Positions 9,318-17,074 of a DNA stretch of 64,000 nucleotides are shown here, in pieces. The stretch's first letter is position 1. Every line of letters begins with the position of its first letter. The stretch comes from an uncultured Candidatus Saccharibacteria bacterium (GTDB taxonomy: Bacteria > Patescibacteriota > Saccharimonadia > Saccharimonadales > CAYLGV01): assembly GCA_964394925.1 (NCBI GenBank), contig CAYMZG010000005.1, positions 26,873 to 90,872 on the forward strand. Direction: 5' to 3'. The position numbers and the translations under genes are program-made. The notes beneath the pieces were generated by a model. The model did no database searches. It was not told the DNA's origin and worked only from the letters and a program-made list of their open reading frames with translations.

Positions 9318-9917
9318 TTATGTTGTTCGGAGGTGGCGAAACTTCCGTCCTTTCAGCCCTTTGCCTTTTGGATCGATCACGCTGGCGATGTTTTCGAGAA
9401 GTTCAACAGCGTAGTTGCCGACGACCTCTTCGGTATGTGCCATAAGCTTCGTCTCGGTTTTAATAAATCGTTCGTCCATCCGCCCTTCGAATGATGCAAA
9501 GCGTTCAGCTACTTGCCCTTGAAATGATATAAATCGTTCATCCATTTGTTTTTGAGCAGATGTAAATCGTTCGTCCATTCGTTGTTCGAGAGATTTGAAT
9601 CGTTCATCTGCTTGTTGCTCAAATGATGCAAAGCGTTGATCCATCCCTTGCTCAAATGATGCAAAGCGATTCTCTGTACGCTCTTCAAGTCTGTCGACCT
9701 TGTTGTCGAGCTTATCAATACGGTCATTAACACGATTTTCAAGTGAATGCAGCTCATCACGGATGAGCTCGGTGTGTGCCTTCAAGAGTAACTGCATATC
9801 ACCCTGGACGTCTTTACGTACATCTATACGTAAATCTCTACGTAAATCTTTATATAGCTTCCCTAAAGCCGTTGCCAGGTCATCTTTTGTTAGATAGTCA
9901 GGCTGTTTGTTACCCAT
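9318..9917 (-). CDS. coiled-coil protein with seven tandem 11-residue repeats
   Basis: Repeats: NRFASFEQGMD / QRFASFEQQAD / ERFKSLEQRMD / ERFTSAQKQMD / ERFISFQGQVA / ERFASFEGRMD / ERFIKTETKLM. Confidence 0.7.
   Translation of the reverse strand: MGNKQPDYLTKDDLATALGKLYKDLRRDLRIDVRKDVQGDMQLLLKAHTELIRDELHSLENRVNDRIDKLDNKVDRLEERTENRFASFEQGMDQRFASFEQQADERFKSLEQRMDERFTSAQKQMDERFISFQGQVAERFASFEGRMDERFIKTETKLMAHTEEVVGNYAVELLENIASVIDPKGKGLKGRKFRHLRTT
9465..9695 (-). repeat. 7 x 33-bp in-frame tandem repeat inside the CDS
   Basis: A 33-bp periodicity (AAATCGTTCGTCCAT...) is visible in the DNA. It encodes the 11-mer repeats. Confidence 0.8.
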
Positions 9918-9961
9918 AGTTTTACTATACCCCTCTCTCGGTTAATTAGAAATTGTAAACA

Positions 9962-10822
9962 TTACCGAAGCCCCCACTGGCCACCGCCCAGACCGCGAAT
10001 CTTACCGGTGAGCTCAAGCATAGTAAGTGTTTGATTAAAGGTTGCGGCGCTAAGATCGCTCCGAACTTGCAATTCGTTGATATCCGAAACACCTTGGGCA
10101 ACAAGTTGTATGAGTGAGGATTCCTCTGGGCTATCGCCCACGGGTAAATGTTGTTGTTTGCTGGTAGAGATACCGAGTGCTGCAAGTATGTCAGAAGCGC
10201 TGGTAACGGCTATGGCACCGTCTTTTAACAGATTATTGGTGCCAACACTGGTTGTGCTGTTGATATTGCCCGGGACGGCCATAACCGTTTTGCCCATATC
10301 AAGTGCAAATCGCACCGTGTGCATTGTGCCCGATTTGAGAGCTGCCTCTGTAATGAGTAACGCGTCACCCAAGGCAGCGACCATACGGTTCCGTTCTATG
10401 AACTGATGTTTCATGGCCGGTTCCCCAAGCCCGTATTCACTGATAATACAACCCCCGTTCAACAAAATTTGCTGGGCTAAAGCCGTATGATTACGGGGGT
10501 GGATTCGATCGAGGCCAGCCGCCAAAACGGCAATAGTACAACCATTAGCCTCAAGGGCTGCACGGTGTGCCAGCGCGTCAACACCAAGTGCTAAACCGCT
10601 TACAATGGCCACGCCCGCTTCTGCTACTTCCCGAACTAAACGACTGGTAACATCGCGGCCATACGCTGAAACGGCTCGCGTTCCCACGACACTCAATCGC
10701 GGTCCATCACTCAGAGTTGCCAGATTACCTTGAGCATATATGCCTGAAGGAGGATCAAACAGCTGTTCAAACACTTCAGGATAATCTGGATCTGAGCGTT
10801 GGATATAGTGTAGATTTTCCAT
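9962..10822 (-). CDS. dprA: DNA processing protein DprA
   Basis: GLALGVDALAHRAAL and VLAAGLDRIHP motifs. The start was moved to MENLHYIQ (ATG 10822), which follows AGTGGTGGGACT. The longer track ORF reads through the non-coding repeat. Confidence 0.9.
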   Translation of the reverse strand: MENLHYIQRSDPDYPEVFEQLFDPPSGIYAQGNLATLSDGPRLSVVGTRAVSAYGRDVTSRLVREVAEAGVAIVSGLALGVDALAHRAALEANGCTIAVLAAGLDRIHPRNHTALAQQILLNGGCIISEYGLGEPAMKHQFIERNRMVAALGDALLITEAALKSGTMHTVRFALDMGKTVMAVPGNINSTTSVGTNNLLKDGAIAVTSASDILAALGISTSKQQHLPVGDSPEESSLIQLVAQGVSDINELQVRSDLSAATFNQTLTMLELTGKIRGLGGGQWGLR

Positions 10823-10930
10823 AGTCCCACCACTATACGAAAAAGTTATTAACAGATTATTAAGCTTTGCAAATTCTACAATACATTCTTGCAATAAAAT
10901 GGCCATCGGCTGGTTATGTACCAGCTCGTC

Positions 10931-11000
10931 AGGGTTCAGGAAGCCGCCAAAAGAACAATTATTCTTGGCTTCCTTCCGGCAATATAAGCCGAGCCCCTGA
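10931..11000. repeat. conserved 70-nt intergenic element, copy 2 (upstream of dprA)
   Basis: Partner of 9041-9110. Hairpin AGGAAGCC (10938-10945) / GGCTTCCT (10967-10974). Confidence 0.7.
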
Positions 11001-11060
11001 CAAACCAGTACATAACCAACCAAGATATATTTGTTTATTGCACGAAGTTATATTTTAGTA

Positions 11061-11089
11061 TTGACATTATGTACTGCTTTTGCTAAAAT
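11061..11089 (+). promoter_or_regulatory. near-consensus sigma-70-type promoter with extended -10
   Basis: TTGACA (11061-11066), 17-nt spacer ending in TGc, TAAAAT (11084-11089). Confidence 0.65.
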
Positions 11090-11095
11090 TGCAAT

Positions 11096-11479
11096 TCGTA
11101 AGTCATACATAGACTTATGTACCTTATACCCCTATTCTAACTATTGTTAGATTGTTTTAGAGCGTGCCATCCTAAGTTGTTACCCTCCACTTATCTTGGT
11201 TGCCTGTTCAAAAATTCGAATAAGCAGCGCTCTAAGACATACTAACCCCTTTAACTAACCCCCGTTGTGGTTTCGTACCCCTCGGCAGTTCAAAGCGAGC
11301 CCAGAAAGGTATCCGTGGCAACGCGGTGGCACGGCACTTTAAGGAGTTTTGGTGCGCGATGCTTCGCTGGGTGGGTTGAAGGGTATTTTTACCGGCACAA
11401 CGGGTGTTCCTTGGAATGCAGTGATTGTGCCATGAAATCGGTCTACAGCGGTGCCCACCCCCTCTGTAGGCCGTTTTTA
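11096..11479 (+). ncRNA. candidate structured non-coding RNA or long leader, class not recognised
   Basis: Lies between the strong promoter and an intrinsic terminator with no credible ORF. Long-range helices at 11157-11164/11228-11235 and 11261-11269/11396-11404. Confidence 0.4.
11439..11479 (+). terminator. intrinsic terminator
   Basis: CGGTCTACAG ... CTGTAGGCCG stem (one G-U pair) followed by TTTTT. Confidence 0.7.
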
Positions 11480-11508
11480 TTTAAAACCATGAGATAATTT
11501 ACTTACGT

Positions 11509-12060
11509 ATGGCTAAAGATACACTCAACGTTTTGCAATGCGCCCCAGACCCCCTGGTGGCTGAATTTGCGGATAAAATTGCCGTTTTTTCACCCATGCG
11601 GATTCTTGATGCTGGTTCTTCCTTTGGTCGGAATGCATTGTATTTGGCGAGTTGCGGCCATGAAGTTCACGCGCTAGATGCTAACCTACAAGATTTACGG
11701 GAGGCTCGACAAGGTGCTAATGGCAACCTACATGTCATTGCCGGGGATATTCGTAATCTGCCGCTTCGACCAGTGTTCGATGCGGTGACGATGAACTATG
11801 TTTTGCATGAATTACCGGCAGCCGATCGCTATGCAACCGTGGAGGGGCTCCAGGCCGTGACTCGACCGATGGGTTTGCATGCGATTAGTGGGTATGTTGG
11901 CGATGGCGGCAACGCCCTTCGCTCCAATCAGCTGTATGAATGGTATGCCAAGTCTGGTTGGTATATTGCAAGCTATGATGAACAAGTACTACCTACTCAA
12001 ACCCATGCCGGGAAGACATTACTCAGCTCTTGGGCCAGAATAATCGCGGTTAAACGATAA
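11509..12060 (+). CDS. class I SAM-dependent methyltransferase
   Basis: ILDAGSSFGRN (motif I-like) and VTMNYVLHEL. 183 aa. Confidence 0.75.
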   Translation: MAKDTLNVLQCAPDPLVAEFADKIAVFSPMRILDAGSSFGRNALYLASCGHEVHALDANLQDLREARQGANGNLHVIAGDIRNLPLRPVFDAVTMNYVLHELPAADRYATVEGLQAVTRPMGLHAISGYVGDGGNALRSNQLYEWYAKSGWYIASYDEQVLPTQTHAGKTLLSSWARIIAVKR

Positions 12061-12688
12061 AACTGCGTGTTTCCGCAGCCAGTTGTTGCGAGAAACTCAC
12101 TTCAGTCAGGATGGCATTCGCCTCCTGTAATAAATTCTTCATTTGTGATTCTTCATCTTCATTAAATCGTGCGAGCACAAAGTCGGCGCTGTCGATCTGT
12201 TCGGGCGTCTTGGGGCCTATGCCAACGCGAATGCGACCATAGTCTTCGCCCAGGTGTTGAGACACTGATTTAATGCCATTATGCCCTGCTGCACCTCCGC
12301 CGATTCGTGTGCGGATCTGCCCAAAGTCGACATCAAGTTCGTCATGAACCACGTAGATTTGGCTCGAGTCTACTTTGAAAAAGTTGGCTACTGCCTGAAC
12401 GGCTTCGCCGCTGAGATTCATCATGGTGGTTGGTTTGCAGAGAATAACGCGCGTTTCGCCAAGGTTGCCCATAGACATCTGGCACTTCAGGTCTTTTTTG
12501 CTCGTCCACCCCTCAAATGACTGTTTCTCGGCAAATGAATCAAGTATATCGAAGCCAATGTTATGACGTGTGCCATCAAACTCTTTGCCAATATTACCGA
12601 GGCCGACGATCAAAATTGTCTTTTGCAAACTAAGGGTGTAGATGGGGTTGTGTGTGCCTGTATCAGGTTTTTTTTGGAATAATGCCAT
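12050..12688 (-). CDS. pth: peptidyl-tRNA hydrolase
   Basis: LIVGLGNIGKEFDGTRHNIGF, VVHDELD and GHNGIKS motifs. Confidence 0.9.
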   Translation of the reverse strand: MALFQKKPDTGTHNPIYTLSLQKTILIVGLGNIGKEFDGTRHNIGFDILDSFAEKQSFEGWTSKKDLKCQMSMGNLGETRVILCKPTTMMNLSGEAVQAVANFFKVDSSQIYVVHDELDVDFGQIRTRIGGGAAGHNGIKSVSQHLGEDYGRIRVGIGPKTPEQIDSADFVLARFNEDEESQMKNLLQEANAILTEVSFSQQLAAETRSFIV

Positions 12689-12796
12689 GCCCGTAGTTTA
12701 CAGGCCGAAGTGTGTTTCTGCTAGTAATTCTCAACAGCGTTGCGAATCAAACTAATAGAGGCCGGATTATCTGCCATACCCAACACAATCCAATTA

Positions 12797-13324
12797 TTAG
12801 TGTGTTTGGTGACTGTCGCCTTGAATAGTTCCTGGATTGATTTCACTAGCGGGGAATCCTGTGATGCCTTCCCAGATAGCTTCTTGGACTTTCGGTAACC
12901 TTACTATGGTAAGAGCTACTTCTGCTGGGCGGATAATATCACGAATCGTAGCACCTGCCTCACCATGGGCTAAACCTGCCAGACTACTAGCTAAATGTTC
13001 TTCACCACTATCCGTTATGCTATACCAGCCTCTAGGATAAACTTGTCTAGATGGCGTGTAGTTAAGGTATGGATTTTCGTCAAATGTGGCTTGTCCATTG
13101 TGTGGTGTCACTTGCACATGACCGGCATCTTCAAATTGCCGCAAAAACTCGCTAATGGACACCCCTGATATGCCCAAGCGCCTAAGCGGCTTGCCATCAG
13201 CAACTTCATTATTCATAGCTGTAAATATTGAATAAGGGCTAAATAATGGCTTCTCAATCTCGCGTCGATAAACTGCAAATGCTAAGACACTAGTACGATT
13301 CTTGTTGGTTCTACTTACTTTCAT
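12797..13324 (-). CDS. hypothetical protein
   Basis: 175-aa ORF with no recognised motif. Confidence 0.45.
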   Translation of the reverse strand: MKVSRTNKNRTSVLAFAVYRREIEKPLFSPYSIFTAMNNEVADGKPLRRLGISGVSISEFLRQFEDAGHVQVTPHNGQATFDENPYLNYTPSRQVYPRGWYSITDSGEEHLASSLAGLAHGEAGATIRDIIRPAEVALTIVRLPKVQEAIWEGITGFPASEINPGTIQGDSHQTH

Positions 13325-13367
13325 GCTTTAATAATACGCCATAAAAGGCATATTGACAATATGATAT

Positions 13368-14720
13368 TCAATGGTTTTGTATTGATGGTTTTTGGCCGTG
13401 CTTGTGGGTCTCGTGCTTTTCGAAGAACCAAAAGCGCACTGGTGTGCCTTCAAAGCCGAAGGCTTCACGCAAACGACGATCCATGAAGCGCTTGTAACTC
13501 CAGTGGAGGAACTTGGTGTGCGCGCCATACACCTGGAACTGCGTAGGGTCCTGCTCTTCTTGTACGATGTAGTTGAGCTTTGGCGCACGATTCTTAAGGC
13601 CGGCAGGTGGGTGGCTATCTACCACATCGCGGAGCCAGCGGTTAATTTCTTTGGTCTTAATTAGTTTCTTGCGGTTCTTATCAATATCGAGCACGAGGTC
13701 AAACAGCTTGGTGACGTTTTGCCCCGTTAAGCTGCTAGTAAAGATAAGCGGTGCCCAGGGTACGAAATCGTAGTCGTGGGTAATTTGAGGGGCCAACGTA
13801 TCGCGAGTAAACGGATCTTTTTCGAGTGAATCCCACTTGCTCACCACCAGTATCAGGCCCTTGCCTGCCTCTTTGATCATACCGGCAATCTTTTGGTCGA
13901 GGGCTACGTGCAGCTCGTTAGCATCCATGAGAAGCAAACAGATGTCGGCTTGCTCAATAGCTGCAAGTGAGCGAATAACGCTGAACTGCTCAATCCCCTT
14001 GCCAATCTTGCCGCTGCGGCGGATGCCGGCGGTGTCCATGATTTCTATCTCGCGGCCTTCGTAGCGCACGGTTGCACGGTTGATGTCACGCGTGGTCCCG
14101 GCTCGATCAGCTACGATGGCCTGCTGCTTTTTAGCCAAGGTGTTAAACAGGGCTGATTTGCCAACATTTGGGCGCCCGAGCAGTGCAACCGAGATGCGGT
14201 CGCTGGCTTCGCGCAGGGTCGCTTTAGGAATAACGGCGGTCAGATGCTGCAGTAATGACTCAATGCCACGGTGCTGTGTGGTGCTAGTGAGGATAATTGG
14301 CTTAATACCAAGGCGCTGAAAGTCAGTTGCTTCGGCGCGCGGTGTTTTGTCGACTTTATTGACGATCAAAAAGACTGGCTTGCGGCTCTTAAGCGCCATG
14401 GTGGCGACCCGGCGATCCTCGTCGGTAATTGGCACGTCGGCTTCAATTACTACCCAAATAATGTCGGCACTCTCGGTGGCCTGCTGGATCTGTTCCTGGA
14501 TGGTGAATTCAAAGTCGTCCTCGGCATCTTTGATACCGGCTGTATCGACAAGCCAGAAGTGTTGGCCTCGGTAATCTGCCTTGCCCCAGATGCTGTCACG
14601 GGTGGTGCCGGCTTCACGGGCCACAATGGCTTCGCGCCGTTCTAAGATTGCATTGAACAAGGAAGATTTACCAACATTGGCTCTTCCAACAATGGCGACA
14701 ATTGGCAGTTTCTTGCTCAT
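13368..14720 (-). CDS. der: ribosome-associated GTPase Der/EngA
   Basis: Two G domains (GRANVGKSSLFN, GRPNVGKSALFN), DTAG motifs and a KH-like C-terminus. Confidence 0.95.
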   Translation of the reverse strand: MSKKLPIVAIVGRANVGKSSLFNAILERREAIVAREAGTTRDSIWGKADYRGQHFWLVDTAGIKDAEDDFEFTIQEQIQQATESADIIWVVIEADVPITDEDRRVATMALKSRKPVFLIVNKVDKTPRAEATDFQRLGIKPIILTSTTQHRGIESLLQHLTAVIPKATLREASDRISVALLGRPNVGKSALFNTLAKKQQAIVADRAGTTRDINRATVRYEGREIEIMDTAGIRRSGKIGKGIEQFSVIRSLAAIEQADICLLLMDANELHVALDQKIAGMIKEAGKGLILVVSKWDSLEKDPFTRDTLAPQITHDYDFVPWAPLIFTSSLTGQNVTKLFDLVLDIDKNRKKLIKTKEINRWLRDVVDSHPPAGLKNRAPKLNYIVQEEQDPTQFQVYGAHTKFLHWSYKRFMDRRLREAFGFEGTPVRFWFFEKHETHKHGQKPSIQNH

Positions 14721-14845
14721 TTACCATAAGTATAACAGAGGTGATGAATATTGACAAGTAATTAAAAATCGGTCTTTATAGTTATACACAAAGCTGGCTC
14801 AGGGTCCGATTGTTGCAAGGCTAACATTCAGGTTACTATATAGCT

Positions 14846-15103
14846 ATGGCAGAGACACTTGAAGGGCTTCAAAAGACCCTCGAACTTGAGGTAAGTACCG
14901 ACAAGCTTCGCGGTATTGATGCGGCGCTTGACCCTGGCGGAATTGGTACTTTTATTGTTCGCAACGTACTCAACGACGACCAGATTGAGCACATACAATC
15001 CGAAATATTTGCACCTGGCAGTCTGGTTTGGCACGAAGATCGAGAGCCATATGTGAACAATCGAGGGATGCTTATAATCAAAACCATACCACATCTGCTT
15101 TAA
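14846..15103 (+). CDS. hypothetical protein; possibly the N-terminal fragment of the downstream dioxygenase-like gene
   Basis: 85-aa ORF ending in TAA at 15101-15103. The next ORF overlaps it in another frame. Confidence 0.4.
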   Translation: MAETLEGLQKTLELEVSTDKLRGIDAALDPGGIGTFIVRNVLNDDQIEHIQSEIFAPGSLVWHEDREPYVNNRGMLIIKTIPHLL

Positions 15104-15126
15104 AGCTGAGCCGTGGTGATTCCAGA

Positions 15127-15597
15127 ATGGTTGAACAAGTACCTCACATGCGTGCTTTAGCCGCCAATATCCAAGGTCTTATCAGGGGGTTGTCTCCTTT
15201 GTTTCCATCACTCTCCTCGTGGGAAGCTGACGAGATGAGTGTCCATCGTTATGACGATCAAGAAGTGGGCCTGAGTTTCCACAAAGATAATTTACGGTTC
15301 ATGGGCCTGATTGCCGTTTTGACCGTTGAGGGCGAGAGTGATGTAGCGGTACGTGACGAAGATGGCGAGGCTCACTATTTCCCCGTTCGAGCCGGTGACC
15401 TAAACCTTACCCGCGCGACAGGGCTCTATGCAACCGAGCAAGTCGACGGCAAGCGAGTTAATTTGTGTCCTGATCATGGTGTATATAACTTGCGGACACC
15501 ATTTCGTACATCATTTATAGTGCGTGCAAATAGTGAGCCCCTTGAGCCAATCCCAGGCTTTGTATATGCTAACTGGGACTCGGGAGCCGAGGCCTAG
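15127..15597 (+). CDS. 2OG-Fe(II) oxygenase-like double-stranded beta-helix protein (possibly a frameshifted gene)
   Basis: FHKD (HxD), CPDHG (distal His) and RTSFIVR (RxS). The ATG at 15127 follows GGTGAT. The track ORF starts at TTG 15028. Confidence 0.55.
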   Translation: MVEQVPHMRALAANIQGLIRGLSPLFPSLSSWEADEMSVHRYDDQEVGLSFHKDNLRFMGLIAVLTVEGESDVAVRDEDGEAHYFPVRAGDLNLTRATGLYATEQVDGKRVNLCPDHGVYNLRTPFRTSFIVRANSEPLEPIPGFVYANWDSGAEA

Positions 15598-16370
15598 CGA
15601 GGGTCATTGAGCAGCGTGGCGTGCCCTGCTACGTCATGAACACGTAGGTAGCGCGTGCCCGCGGCTATGGCGAGGCGTGCGGCGGCAAGATTTGGCGCCA
15701 GTTCCATGCGGTCTTCGCCCAAAAATCGTTTTCGTGAATACCCTACCATAACATCAATATCGGGGACCAATCGGGCGAATTGTAGCAGTTTTCGGTTGAG
15801 CTCCCTCGTCTTGCCAAAGCCAATCCCCGGATCAAGTGTGATGGCATCACCATCTATGCCTGCCACCATGAGGACAGCGCGCTTCGTTAATAAGTCTTCG
15901 TACACAATACTCTCATCGTCAATAAGATTGTCATGGTCATGGTGGGCGGCCTGAATGTTTTGGCCGTGCGCTGCTGGTAAGTGGCTAACAATGCACGGAA
16001 GGCCCACAGAAGCCACCGCTTCGATCATGTGCGGATTATTCATGCCTGTTACATCGTTGACAATGAAGTGACCGAAATGTTGCGCCGCACGATACACCGT
16101 TTCGGGGTGGTACGTGTCGATTGAGAATGGAAGCGTGCAACTTGTTGCATAAGCTTCCAGTAGCGGCTCGAGCCGTGCCCATTCTTGGTCGGCCGTTAGT
16201 GGGGTGGCGCCCGGTCTGGTTGATTCTGCGCCAATGTCTATCAATGAAGCGCCCTGATGCTGCATCTCGAGTGCGTGATTGATCGCATCATCCAGGCCAA
16301 CATACATACCCCCGTCACTGAAGCTATCAGGGGTAGCGTTTAGAATGCCAACCAACTCAGACTGTTTCAC
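15594..16370 (-). CDS. folP: dihydropteroate synthase
   Basis: ILNATPDSFSDGG, DIGAESTRPG and GIGFGK motifs. Confidence 0.9.
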   Translation of the reverse strand: MKQSELVGILNATPDSFSDGGMYVGLDDAINHALEMQHQGASLIDIGAESTRPGATPLTADQEWARLEPLLEAYATSCTLPFSIDTYHPETVYRAAQHFGHFIVNDVTGMNNPHMIEAVASVGLPCIVSHLPAAHGQNIQAAHHDHDNLIDDESIVYEDLLTKRAVLMVAGIDGDAITLDPGIGFGKTRELNRKLLQFARLVPDIDVMVGYSRKRFLGEDRMELAPNLAAARLAIAAGTRYLRVHDVAGHATLLNDPR

Positions 16371-16385
16371 GCTGGTAGTATAGCA

Positions 16386-17048
16386 TCAAGATACGTTGCG
16401 GTACTGGCCAAGGGTCATGTCACCGAGCTCATACGTACCAAATTGTGTGCGATGCAACTCGGTCACAGTGTAGCCTAGGGCAGCGAAGGTACGGCGAATT
16501 TGTCGATTTCGTCCTTCCTGCATGGCAACTTCCCACTTTTTACCATCGTCTCCAAGCGGTTGTAGCTCCAGCTGGCTTGGGCCATCATCGAGATTTACGC
16601 CATCTTGTGAGATATGAACGCAGTCTGCATCCTCCAAATGTTTATTGAGACGAACGGTATAGCGTTTTGTCTTAGCGTAGCGTGGGTGTGTCAACTCATT
16701 AGCCAGTTTGCCGTCGTTGGTTAATAGCAACAGCCCAGAGGAGTCTTTATCGAGTCGGCCAACAGGTTTGAGGGTGTGCAGTTCAGCTGGAAGTAGATCG
16801 TAGATTGTGAGTGCACCCTGCCCGTCGCGTGAACAGACGTAACCTACGGGCTTATTGAGCATAATTGTAGTGGTTTGCTGGGGTGCCTCAAGCACTGTGC
16901 CATCAAGCATGACCGTGTCGGCAGTATTAAAGGGTTGACCGAATTGGGCGGGTTTACCGTTGATGTGCACGCGTCCCGCCTGTATAAGCGAATCTGCCTG
17001 CCGACGAGATACACCAGTAGACAAAGCGATAAATTGGTTCAGACGCAT
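16386..17048 (-). CDS. RsuA/RluB-family pseudouridine synthase with S4 domain
   Basis: S4-like N-terminus RLNQFIALSTGVSRRQADSLIQAGRVHINGK. Catalytic motif GRLDKDSSGLLLLTND. Confidence 0.85.
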   Translation of the reverse strand: MRLNQFIALSTGVSRRQADSLIQAGRVHINGKPAQFGQPFNTADTVMLDGTVLEAPQQTTTIMLNKPVGYVCSRDGQGALTIYDLLPAELHTLKPVGRLDKDSSGLLLLTNDGKLANELTHPRYAKTKRYTVRLNKHLEDADCVHISQDGVNLDDGPSQLELQPLGDDGKKWEVAMQEGRNRQIRRTFAALGYTVTELHRTQFGTYELGDMTLGQYRNVS

Positions 17049-17074
17049 AGCGCTAGTATAGCGTGAATTGTTCG

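Noticed and set aside
9465-9695. 33-bp tandem repeats as a possible CRISPR array
   Set aside because: There are no unique spacers between the units. The repeats are contiguous, in frame and degenerate at synonymous or conservative positions, so they encode an 11-residue protein repeat.
10823-11023. N-terminal 67-aa extension of the dprA track ORF
   Set aside because: The extension translates the 70-nt intergenic repeat. A good RBS precedes the internal MENLHYIQ start, which matches normal DprA length.
11096-11479. Identification of the ORF-free unit as RNase P RNA, tmRNA, SRP RNA, 6S RNA or a T-box
   Set aside because: I looked by eye for GGAAAGTCCGG-type CR-I, a tRNA-like 3' end with GGTTCGA...CCA, the SRP GGAA/AGCA motif and the T-box GGGTGGTACCGCG. 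None is present. The class is left open pending an Rfam scan.
11267-11497. 76-aa plus-strand ORF inside the candidate ncRNA
   Set aside because: It has a non-ATG start, no SD and Cys/Trp/Arg-rich composition. It runs through the terminator hairpin, so it is more likely a by-product of structured GC-rich RNA.
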